NCBI RefSeq assembly: GCF_001194135.2
Contig: NC_068986.1
Span: 78,147,769 to 78,211,768 of the forward strand
Length of the DNA stretch: 64,000 nucleotides
Source: Octopus bimaculoides
Lineage: Eukaryota
Direction of reading: 5' to 3'
The translations under genes and the position numbers were made by a program. Below the pieces are notes generated by a model that saw only the letters and a program-made list of their open reading frames with translations, was not told the DNA's origin and did not search any database. Below are positions 51,530-62,950 of the stretch, piece after piece. Positions within the stretch are counted from its first letter, which is position 1, and each line of letters starts with the position of its first letter.

Positions 51530-51973
51530 TTTTTTAGCGTTCAAGTTACCCTATCAAATGTAATGCTTATATATTCACATTATTTTAAATTGCTTAAAGG
51601 TGGTGAGCTAGCAGAATTGTTAGCATGCTGGCCAAAATACATAGCAATATTTTGCCTGTTGCTATGTTCTGGGTTCAAATTCCACCAAGATCGACTTTGC
51701 CTCTCATCCTTTTGAGGTTGATAAATTAAGTTCCAGTGAGATACTGGGGTCGATATAATCAACTTGTCCCCTTCTCCAAATTTTAGGCCTTGTGCCTATA
51801 GTAGAAAGAATTATTTTGAATTACTTATGCATTGTCTTGTAGCTTTGAGATCTCAATGATGTGACTAGAGGAATAACATTGTAAAGTAGGTTTAAGAGGC
51901 CAAATATGGTTTGTTTGAACATAAAAGAGGAAGAATATTTGGGCCAGACATGGCTGGTTTAAATGTTAATGAG
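51530..51973. mobile_element. piggyBac-like (TTAA) MITE interrupted by a family C SINE (51597-51809)
   Basis: Homologous to the uninterrupted copy at 61751-61970. SINE TSD attatttt(a/g)aatt(g/a)ctta at 51579-51596 and 51810-51827. Confidence 0.8.
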
Positions 51974-52592
51974 TTAAAGATAAAGTATGTCCTAATACAC
52001 TTTTTTGCCTTTTTGCAAGACATCAAGGTGTGATTTAAAGAATATTTGGCTAGTGTTTCTAGCAGGTCGAGTGACCACACAAAGGCATCCTTGTTGGTTT
52101 GTTATTTGTCTGTTTTTGGATATCGAAAGAACCTTAAGATTTTCCAAATCTACATCTGTCTTTCTTATGTATATTTATTTGACAATTCTATTCACTATAG
52201 TTATTGCATTAAGAACTGAGGTAAAAATTATAAAAAAAAAGTAAGTTTAAAAAACATTTCCATCATAAAAATCAATCACACAGTATTTATTTATCCATTT
52301 AATTATGTATTGTCTAGAATATTTTGATCATTTTGTGGCAATATGTTTAGTTTCACAAGACAAGCATAAATCGAAAGCAGACACCTTTAAGAAAGATTTG
52401 CTAATTATAACTCATAGTCCTGACTGAAGGGATTCTTTTGTCTTTCAATCTATTTTCTTTTTATAAAAAATGGTTTTCTAAAATACAAAAATAATGTACA
52501 TAAATTACAATATCAGATAAATACTAGTTCTTTTTCTGATAATTTACAAGATCAAATTTTGTGAGGTAGAGTGTGTATCTGTTTCAGTCATC

Positions 52593-52816
52593 CACATAAA
52601 AGACACCATTTCGAGCGTGGCCGTTTTCGTGCGGGTGACACGTAAAAGCACCCACTACACTCTCTGAGTGGTTGGCGTTAGGAAGGGCATCCAGCTGTAG
52701 AAACTCTGCCAAATTAGATTGGAGCCTGGTGTTGCCATCCGGTTTCACCAGTCCTCAGTCAAATCGTCCAACCCATGCTAGCATGGAAGGCGGACGTTAA
52801 ACGATGATGATGATGA
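52593..52816 (+). mobile_element. Very young RTE 3' end
   Basis: CpGs intact; 89/90 identical to 29717-29806; (GAT)n tail. Confidence 0.9.
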
Positions 52817-53754
52817 TCATGACATCCATCATCATCGTCAACATCCCCTTCATCTCTTAACGTCCACTTTTCCATGTGTGCATGGGTCAAACAGAATTTG
52901 TTGAGCTACATCTTATTTACTGCCAGATGCCTTTCCTGCTGCTAGCCCTTGCCTGTTTCCAAGCAAGGTAATATTTCCCCACCCCATGGCAGAGACTTTT
53001 ATCATGGATGACTGGAAATAAACAACAAAGTCTGCACAACAATGATGCTCATTTGCAATCCTCACATGATGTCATGACAAGGGTAGTTATCAAAATACAA
53101 TTGCTTAATTTTAAAGACTTATAGAAGGATGAAAGGAAAAGTTGGCCATGCTGAAATGTTAGTGTAGAATGTAAAAAGATGCAATCGGTGCTGGAAGTAT
53201 TTGATGAGGGAGCCTCTATGTGGTTGTTCAGTCTGCTAAAAATAGAAGTCAAATTCCCTCAAACTACACCCTGATCTTCTTTAAAAATAAAGTTCAGATT
53301 AGATGATGTAATACTAAATACATGATTCATTCATTCATCATCATTATTATTTTATGTCTGCTTTTCTATGCTGGTATGGATGCAGCAGGCTTTTGAAGCA
53401 ACAATTTAATTGGATGCCCTTCTTGTGAACCTTATTAATTACTTCTTTTGGCATGCAGGAATGTGGTGTACATATTCTAAAACTAGAATATGCACAGTAT
53501 GCAGTCCTAAGTAAATTATGACTGAAAAAATTCAGAGAGGATAATCAATGCTGGAATGCCCTTGATCATGTTTGATTAGTTAGTGCTAAGCCTGTGACTA
53601 AACAACAAGAATGATAACTATGTCAGTTAGATGTATGTATGTATGTATGTATGTATGTATGTATGTATGTATGTATGTATGTATGTATGTATGTATGTCA
53701 ACACTTGATGGTGCTGTCTGCTAACTCTGTAAGTCTTGTCTTGTTGCAGCTCAT

Positions 53755-54365
53755 CATCATCATCATCATTTAACGTCTGTTTTCCATGCTAGCATGGGTT
53801 GGACGGTTTGACTAGGGACTAGCAAGCCAGGAGGCTGCACTAAGCTCCAATCTGATTTGGCAGAGTTTCTACAGCTGGATGTCCTTCCTAATGCCAACCA
53901 CTCCAAGAGTATAGTGGATGCTTTTTACGTGCCACTAGCACAGGAACCAGTCTGGTAGCACTGGCATTGGCCATGTTAAGATGGTGCTTTTTTTGTGCCA
54001 CCAGCTCAAAAAAAATATCATGCCAGTCAGGGGGGCTGGCATCAACCACATTCGGATGATGTGTTTTACATGCCACTGGCACTGGGAGCCAGTTAGGTGG
54101 CTCTGATAGCAACCCACACATGAATGGTGCTTATTGCATGCTACGAGCACTGGTGTCAGTCACAACTACAATTTTCCATTTGATTGTGATTTGATTTTGA
54201 TTTACTTGACTCAATAGGTCTCCTCAAGCACGGCATGTCGTCCAACAATTCAAAGGTACTTCCTAAATGGGCTGGTTATGTGACACTGGTGTAGGCTACA
54301 GCTGTAATCTTACTTTCCTTGCTGGGTCTTCTCAATCACAGCATATCTCCAGAGGTTTCGGTCTT
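53755..54365 (-). mobile_element. RTE 3' end with tandem-unit UTR
   Basis: (CAT)n tail, about 4 units, and ORF end gggtcttctcaatcacagcatatctccagagg as at 340-380. Confidence 0.88.
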
Positions 54366-54384
54366 TCATCAATTTGCTTTTCTT

Positions 54385-54680
54385 CATCAGTAAACTTCAA
54401 TTTCTTCTCTTTTCTTTTTAAGACCTTGATCTAGTTCCAGTCTTAAGTGGGAGAGATCATTAGCACTGTCTTCCCACTTTTTTAATGTTCATGTGGAGAA
54501 ACTTCATGTCACTCTTGCAAACATCTTTGAAAAGAAGATGAAGGTTCTTCTTGTGACTTTTTACTGGATGCCTGCTCTCATATAATGGGTACATATAGCT
54601 GGGTACATGACCCAACCAATGGAGGCATCATTGTTGCAGTTGGATAAGGAAGCTGAGATAAATAATGAATGATTTTCCTG
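54385..54680 (-). mobile_element. Different RTE (BovB-like) C-terminal fragment
   Basis: CLHWLGHV...LHLLFKDVCKSDMKFLHMNIKKWEDSANDLSHLRLELDQGLKK. Confidence 0.75.
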
Positions 54681-54879
54681 TATATTGTTACTTTAAATGA
54701 TACAGTGTTTATAATATTTCTCACTAATTTTGTTGTGCCCAGTACAGAAATGTAGTCCCTGTAATATTCCATATATTTAAAGTTTTCTGCCATTTTAAAT
54801 ATAACCACAAGATTTTAAGATCTCTATGAAATCTCATTCTAAATGTCAGTCGGTCAGTTTTCATCAGACTATCTACATT

Positions 54880-55050
54880 TCTCAAATTTTCAAAAATGAT
54901 TTATCATTCTGATAGCTCATCACTTCATATATTTCCAGTCTATCTACACTGAAGCCATTTATCATCTTGACAGCTTCTCTTTATATACATTCCATTCTAT
55001 TCAGGTTTTATTTTGTCTATGTCATCTCCAGGATTTCTCGTGATATTTAA
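54880..55050 (-). mobile_element. Possible CR1-like RT fragment
   Basis: DIDKI...REAVKMINGF resembles the CR1 motif DIDKLERVQRRATKMI.GL. Confidence 0.3.
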
Positions 55051-55859
55051 AATTACATTTATTAAACTTAGATAAAATCTGTTGATTTTAGATTTGGCTT
55101 ATGTTGTATTTTGTGTTGTAAAAACATATTTGAAGATGAGCTTTTCAATCCTTTACCTTTTATTGTTGAAAAGGCAGTTATATGAAACACCTTAATTGAA
55201 GGTGAGAGATATCTGAAGTTGATATTTATTTATTGATAATGGGAGCTGTATTAAACTTATGAAAACCTGGCATTTAAGACCAAGACTGACAGAGAAATTT
55301 CCTAATGATCAAGTGGGAAGTGACAATGACTAAAACCCAACCAATTAAATATAAAATGCAAGGATATAAATGTGTCAACATATTTGAAGCAGAATGTTTA
55401 ATGTTTTTTCTTTCTTTTTGGTTTCTACCTCAACATTTCTATACTACCAAAAAAAGAAGCATTTTCATAAGATGGTTCTGCATGTGACATACATGGCATA
55501 CAGTAACCTTTCCAAGACCCAATCTAACAAACTTAATAAATGATGATCTTTCCAGTCAGGTGTATGATAAAACAAGTAGATATAAATGCCATATTTTGAA
55601 GAATAAACAGTGGTCAACCCATCTGACACAACTTGATCTGATAGAAATCACAGTCAGATTTCCTCAAATGACACTTTATTGCCTTAAAACAATAAAGACA
55701 CATAACAATATATTTCTTGATCCACAAAACGACAGGATGTTCAAAAGCTGGATTGTTTGATCAGAGTAAATTTGAAGTGAAACAACAGCAACAATAACAA
55801 CAGTTATTCTTATTATTATTATTGACACAAGGTAACAATGAGCTAGCAGAATCATCATC

Positions 55860-56270
55860 ATTATCCTTTAGCATTCGTTGTCCATGCTGGCATGGGCTGG
55901 ATGGTCTGACCATTGCTCGTAAGCTGAGGGGCTGCATCAGATTCTAGTCTGGTTTGTTGTGGTTTCTACCGCTAGATGCCCTTCCTAATGCCAACCACTC
56001 TCAGAGTGTAATGGGTGCTTTTATGTGCCACCTGCACAGGTGCCATTTGTGTGACACCAGTATCCGCCATGCCAGACAAAATGCATAGCAGCATTTTGTC
56101 TGTCTTTATGTTTTGAGTTCAAATTCTGCCAAGGTTCACTTTGTCTTCCATCCTTTCGGGGCCAATAAAATAAGTACCAGAGAACACTAGTGTAGAGGAA
56201 ATTAACTAGCCCCTTTCCCCAAATTTCAGGCCTTGTGCCTATAGTAGGAAGGATTATTATTGACTCACAG
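55860..56270. mobile_element. RTE 3' UTR (-) abutting a family C SINE (+)
   Basis: 55860-56065 matches the shared RTE terminal block. 56070-56250 matches family C. Confidence 0.75.
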
Positions 56271-56289
56271 TTTACTTATCCATATTTTA

Positions 56290-56790
56290 TGATAGACAGG
56301 ATGAGAAATGAGGAGGTGCGAAGGCAAGCAGGAATGAGAGAAAAGCTAACAACCAAAATGGATAGACGAATGTTGAGGAGGTTTGGCCACATGGGGAGGA
56401 TGGATGAGGAGTGGATGGTAAGGAGGGTGATGAAGGCTGAAGTGGTAGGCAGCAGAACCAGAGGCAGACCTCGGTTTGTGTATATGGATGGAGTGAGGAA
56501 GCTTTGGTGGTTAGAGGTGTTGGAGTGAGAGAGGTATGAGAGTTTATAAACGATAGGAAGGCATGGAGAGTGTTTGTGGATGGATGAGTGAATTTGATGT
56601 TGCTCAAAGGGGTATGGAACCAGCATGACGTGGTGGGGGTAAACCAGCATATGCTGTCAGGCTCCGCTGCTGATACTGGGGGTTGCTTTCTATGCTTTGA
56701 CCCAAGGATAGAATGGGGTTCACCTCACTGAGCTGGGAAATGAATGGAATGCCTGGTATGTATCCTGTGGCTACCCCTCCTAAGAAAATG
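56290..56790 (+). mobile_element. RTE-clade LINE 3' fragment (third family)
   Basis: DRMRNEEVRRQAGMREKL...RRMLRRFGHMGRMDEEWMVRRVMKAEVVGSRTRGRPRFVYMDGVRK, followed by a UTR. Confidence 0.88.
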
Positions 56791-57299
56791 GGGAATAGTC
56801 CTGGGTATATATAAAAAAATGATCATCAAAAAAACAGAAGGCAGAATTAACTTTATTCAAGAGAGATTTGAACCCATTTTTGTAAGCTGTACATCTGGAG
56901 TTCACTGGTTGCCTAATGTCTTCCAGTTACTTGTATTATATGAAGTAATCAGACCAGACACTCTGATATTTTATTGAAGACATTTTGCAGTTTACTCTAT
57001 CTTTATTGTCCTACCTCAATAAAGAGCAGATACATTGTTGATAATAGCTGAAAGGATATTCAGGGCTTTCAGTTAATGAAGTGGATTAAGACATTTGGAC
57101 ACATTCATTAATGATGATATTATTATAGTGACAGAAACTGAAAACAGTGTAGAAGAAATGAAAGGAGAAATATTTGTTGACAAACCCTAACACTTAATAT
57201 AGGTGGGTAAATATAATATAATTTAAAAAATCTGTGTTAAGATGAATAAAAAAATATGTAATTAATTGATTAAATCAAAATTTCAAGATAAATAAAATA

Positions 57300-58552
57300 T
57301 TAGGTTGTTTCACATGAAATGTCGTATTTGAAAGGTAACAATAAAATGTTTCTGAAGTGTTAGAGAACTGATTTATTTAATCAAAGTATGATCCATGTTC
57401 ATTTATGATGTTTACCCAACATTTTTCTATGTCATATATTCCATCTTTAAAAAAAAAAAAATTCATCTTTTGCTGTGATGAACTGTGTGAATGCTTCAAT
57501 TACCTCTTCCCTTTTTAAGAATGTTTTATTGCTTATGAAAATCTCAAATTCTTAAATAAGTGATGATCAGTAGGAGAGATATCAGGGGAATAGGGAGGAT
57601 GCTGTAAAATCTCATGATTCAGGCTTTGCAACTTTTGGATCATAGCTTGAGGAGTATGAGGACTTGCATTATCATGGAGCAAAATTGGGCCATCTCTATT
57701 CACTACTCTGGGTTGCTTCTTTTTCGAATTCTTGTGCATACAATCAGTTTCCTGACAATACGATGTTGCTGTTGCCGTTTTTTCTTGTTGCAAAAATGAA
57801 TAATGAATAACTCCCTTCACAGACCACCATACAGTGAGCACTAACTTTTTAGGGTGCAATGGTGGATTTGGGTAGTGTTTAGGTAACTCTCCTACATCTA
57901 ATCACTGTCCTGTTCTCCTGCTGTTGTCAAAGAGTATCCATTTCTCATCACAAGTAATGATTTGATGCAAAAATGGTCTTTTTCCAGATGAGAAAGCAAT
58001 AAGGAGCACATTTTGAGGTGTCTGTTTTTTGAACCTGGTTCAGTTGATGTGGAATAAACTTATCCGTTTTCTTGACTTTTCCAATTTTTTACAGGTGTCC
58101 AAAAACAATTGTGCGAGATGTTTGGAGTTCTGATGAAAGTTTTTGAATTTTTGTTCTTGGATTTTGTTCAACCAAAGCACTTAATCCATCATGCTGAATA
58201 ACTGATTTTGGCCCACCCCTTGGTTTATTTTCAAGGCTATCATCTCCTGAACAACAGCTTTGGAGCCATCTCTGAACAGTTCTGATGTCAACAAAACCAT
58301 TACCAAAGGCCTGCTTGATATTCCGTAGAGCTTCTGCGGCAGAGTGACCCAGTTTGTATTCATACAAAAAAATCACTCAACATAGTTTGGTTGTTATCAT
58401 TTTCATAAGGTCTGTGTGTACGAATTTTATATACTAGCATTGTTGGGAAAGAAAAAGAGTCAAGATTAAATGCAAGGTATACATAATTGAGTTTTTAAAA
58501 GACTGAAATAACAAATAATTAAAGATGTGACATTTCAGGTGAAACAACCTAA
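57300..58552 (-). mobile_element. Full-length decayed mariner (Hsmar1/cecropia-like TIRs)
   Basis: TIRs ttaggttgtttcac(a/c)tgaaatgtc, TA TSDs at 57298-57299 and 58553-58554, length 1253 bp. Confidence 0.95.
57533..58376 (-). pseudogene. Mariner transposase pseudogene (D,D34D)
   Basis: HTH N-terminus (YEYKLGHSAAEALRNI...TVQRW), KKLVLTVWWSVKGVIHY, LLHDNASPH...HPPYSPDISPTD with 34 residues between the Asps. Stops and frameshifts in the middle. Confidence 0.92.
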
Positions 58553-61026
58553 TAGAATAACTTTATTTATTTGTGAGCCATTAGCACTTTGATTAGAATG
58601 CTTTACAACATTTTTTTCTGTCTCTCTGCATCTACTAAAGTCAAATTTTCATTCATTTTTTAGGGTTGATAAGAACATATTAACCTAGGGCGGTGGATTA
58701 TTGGAGTTGTGAGACCATCAAACTAAGTTCAAATCTCTCTAGGACCTGCTTAAATGGTAGGCACAATCTATTGCTTGGTTTCATAATACCACTTGACACT
58801 CTGGGTGCTTCCAGTTTATGGATACCTTCCATGCTCCCTCTCATTCATCTCAGAGGCTCTATAAAATGTCATAGTCATTACTTTCCCTTTTAGCTAAATG
58901 ATAAAAATTCCCTATAGTGATATCTAATATAGACAAAGAGGCTTCAAAAGTTTTTTTGAAAGGAAACAGTTTATTACATTGACCCAAGAATGTAAGTGGT
59001 GTTTATGTTATTGACACTAGGATGAATCCTGTTTTAGAACTGTGTGTGTTTGTGATATAAAACGCAGTGAAATAGAGTTACTAAGATGACAGTTCTTTAC
59101 AAATCCTAACAATTAATATGGGTGGGTAAATATAATGTTTTAGAAATCTGTGTTAAAAATGAATAAAACAAATGTAATTGATTAAATTAAAATAAAATAG
59201 AATAACTTTTTTATTTGCACTTTGATTAGAATGCCTTATGGCATTTTTTCCCATCTCTCTGCATCTACTAAGGTCACTGTGTCCCTAGCATGTTGTTAGA
59301 AGAGATTATAAGGGTTGGCAACGTGGTAATAGGAAAGATATCCAACCATAAAACAGTATCACAGAAAACCTGTCCAGCCCATACAAATATAGACGAGTGG
59401 ATATAAAACAATGATGATCAATACTTTGGTGAAAAAAATAACTTGAGAATTGTAAGAAATCTAATTCTTTTCAATGTATATGAAAATTGTGACATGTAAA
59501 TAAAGACACACAAATACTTTATTTCTGATTTTAACTTAAACTTGATATCAACTTTTATAATTTCAGATTTGCTTGGGAAACTCTTAATCATTTAGTAATT
59601 ATATTTCAAATGAAATTTCCTGCTTGTGTATTTCAAATATCTTCTATAAGTAATCAAGAATTTTGAGGGTTTTGTCAGGCAACAAACTTACTTAAGCTAG
59701 TGTACTGTCGTGAGTTTGCAGAATCATTAAACCATCAAACAAAATGCTTTTGTTATGGCTCTTTGCATTCTGAGTTCTAATCCTGCTAAAGTCAGCTTTA
59801 ACTGTCATTTGTCCAGGGCCAATGAAATAAACTTCCAGACATGATTCAATTTAAATGCAAACACTTTGAAATAAGGAATCTTGTGACACAGAACCAAAGG
59901 TGATTTTAGATGGATTTATCAATGGTGTAGTGTGGGGTGTGTAGACTGCACAGGCTGTCCTTTTATACATGTGTGTTTGCTGTAGTTGATCTTATGCTAC
60001 ATTTAAGGAAGTGGGTAACCAATTTGACTAATGCATAGGGTGGCCAAAATCCATGCAATGCCTCTGGAGTTGGTATCAAATATTATTTAAAATTCACCAT
60101 AAGTTTTTAGTTAACTATTGTAATGAATTCTGTAATTGATGTGTTAATCTTTTAAAGTTCCCATTTCACAGGATTTGAGCTCACTGAAATCCCAGAATTC
60201 AAAATAATGCGCATGTTGCTGTAGATCTTGTGATTTGCCTGGTTGGTTAAAATAAAAGAAAAATCAAAACATAATTTCTGTTTATTTCTGAAACAGAAAA
60301 TGTTAAAATGAATGTGTAGGCTGAAAAAAGACCTGGTTAGCTATTTTTGCTTTTCTCTAAAATATATCTATTTCATAATATATATTTTCTTTACCCTAAG
60401 TAAAGACAATATGAACGTCATATTTAACAACTTGAAAATTCTGTTAGAACACTAAATATATCTGAAAATAATTCAATTTTCCAACTTACTCTATTTCAAA
60501 ACCATTTAAATCAGCAATTTGATATTATAAGAACCTGTAGTAAGAATTTCTATTTTAAGGAACGTAATAGTTATGAACATGTGTGTGTGTATGTGTGTGT
60601 GTGTATGTGAGTATAAATTTGTTCTTTACTGAACAAGGAACTGTCAATGAAAAGTTATCCTTTCTTTTCATATGAGGTTTTAGTTTTAGTGTTGAATTAA
60701 TAAGTGTAACTATATTATGACATTAATGTTTTTGCAACAAGATCATAGATACAATGTAACTAATTAATAAACATATATAGAGTCATATTCAAATGTGCAT
60801 AAATCTTGCTGTTAAATTAGATCCACAACAATAGCTTGGGATGAAGATCAAACCAACAGGCTTTGTTGTGTTATTAACAATTCATCAAGATTCATTCACT
60901 TTTTAAATGGTGATAGTTGTAGAAGGTTTCTTATTAAAATGTGAACAAAACATAATGCATGTGATTTACATCATGCTTCAATGTTGATGACCTGATATTA
61001 ATTATGAGAGGACCAATGTAGCTTAT

Positions 61027-61454
61027 CCTCTATGAGGTGCTGTCCTTGTGGTGTAATAGCCTGTGTGCCTCAATGTCCCTCAGAGTCAAGCCAACAAGGC
61101 ACAAGGTCCTTGTAGATCCTCCCATGCTGTACAGGTCAAAAATAGAAACCAGAATAATACAGAACACCCCAGAGGTAAAAATGGGTTTGTATAGGGCCAA
61201 CACCCCTACCTAGAAAAAAGCAAAATTATTGAAGCATCAATGACAATTCAAAACCAATAAGACCTGGGAGAGGAAGGCCTTCCCCCAGGGAAACAATTGA
61301 CAAAGGGCAGCAATATTTGAAAAGAAGCTGCAAAGAAGAAAGCAGGGATCCAACCAGAGAGAAGCAAAAAAGACAGTGCTGAGTTGAAAATAATTAAGAA
61401 AAGTTGCTGATGGTCTATGCTCTATAGTGAGTGATAGGCTAAAGGGAAGGGAGT
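61027..61454 (+). mobile_element. Short RTE-derived element (5' UTR-like plus 3' tail-like)
   Basis: gggccaacacccctacctagaaaaaagc resembles the RTE 5' UTR motif. The end gctgatggtctatgctctatagtgagtgataggctaaag resembles RTE tails. Flanked by atgtagct(t/c)at (10/11 match). Confidence 0.55.
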
Positions 61455-61487
61455 ATGTAGCTCATAATGGGTAAGGTATGAAACTAT

Positions 61488-61681
61488 CAGAGGCGTATAT
61501 TCCAGGTGTGCTAGGTGTGCACTGCATGTCCATCGTAATTAGAAAATTCATTATAAATATTAACCTTACTCATTAATTTAATCACAAATCTTAATGGAAA
61601 ACTTTTGTTATACCCCTGCTTGAAATTTGGTGGCCTTGAGTATGACAGCACACCCAATACAACCACCATCATATGTCACTG
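61488..61681. mobile_element. hAT MITE with perfect 8-bp TSD
   Basis: Ends cagaggcgtat and atatgtcactg. TSD gaaactat at 61480-61487 and 61682-61689. Confidence 0.85.
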
Positions 61682-61750
61682 GAAACTATATATGGAGAGG
61701 CTCCACCTCAGTGACTTGAAAGTTTTGGGAAGTATGCAGTTATCTTTTAA

Positions 61751-61970
61751 CCCTGTGGTGTTCATACTATTATGTCAAAGATAATACTTATTTATTCACA
61801 TTGTTTTGAATTAATCATGCATTGTCTTGTGGCTTTGAGATTTTGATGATGTGATTGTTTATTCTTAGAATGATCTTGAAGGGTAGGTGTGACATACTAG
61901 ATCAGGCCACTTTGAACATAAAACAGGTAGAATAATTGGGCTGCATATGGCTGGTTTAAATGCTATAGAG
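61751..61970. mobile_element. piggyBac-like MITE
   Basis: Flanked by TTAA at 61747-61750 and 61971-61974. Body homologous to 51530-51973. Confidence 0.7.
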
Positions 61971-62407
61971 TTAACCACCTTTATTCCAGCCCGCTATAGA
62001 CCAGGGTGGTAGCAGCTGTCAAAGACCCCAATTATTGTTGAAAGATTGGAAAAGGGTCCTGTGATTAGGGGAGAGCTGGCTCCTAGATACATGTCACACA
62101 TGCTTACCTGCATGCGGATATGCCCTGATGTTACACGAACCAATTCATACACCTAAAGGTTAAATGGGCCATGTGCCTTAAGTGTAAGCATGACAGAGCA
62201 GGAAGCTAGCAGAGTAAAATACGAAGAAATCAGTGACAAGAAACTATTGCTATATCTTACCCAAGAAAAATTATGAATTTGCAGACTTGGGTATGGAGAT
62301 CATAATTACTAATGCCTATAGAACAGGCATGGTACATGAAGAGACAGAGAAAAAAAGAGAGAGAAGAGGGAAGGTAAGGGGAGGGAGACAGAAAGAGGAC
62401 ATATAAG

Positions 62408-62450
<43 letters not shown>

Positions 62451-62904
62451 AATCCAAACATGAACAAGCAAGAAGAAACAAGAAAAAACAACAATGCGAG
62501 GACGTGGAATAAGTACAGTGTTATNNNNNNNNNNNNNNNNNNNNNNNNNNNNNNNNNNNNNNNNNNNNNNNNNNNNNNNNNNNNNNNNNNNNNNNNNNNN
62601 NNNNNNNNNNNNNNNNNNNNNNNNNNNNNNNNNNNNNNNNNNNNNNNNNNNNNNNNNNNNNNNNNNNNNNNNNNNNNNNNNNNNNNNNNNNNNNNNNNNN
62701 NNNNNNNNNNNNNNNNNNNNNNNNNNNNNNNNNNNNNNNNNNNNNNNNNNNNNNNNNNNNNNNNNNNNNNNNNNNNNNNNNNNNNNNNNNNNNNNNNNNN
62801 NNNNNNNNNNNNNNNNNNNNNNNNNNNNNNNNNNNNNNNNNNNNNNNNNNNNNNNNNNNNNNNNNNNNNNNNNNNNNNNNNNNNNNNNNNNNNNNNNNNN
62901 NNNN

Positions 62905-62950
<46 letters not shown>

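Noticed and set aside
60172-60224. Possible terminal exon GFELTEIPEFKIMRMLL* (similarly SELSEDFLDLALKL* near 4070-4115)
   Set aside because: Acceptor only, short, no recognisable homology and no linked exons. Expected by chance.
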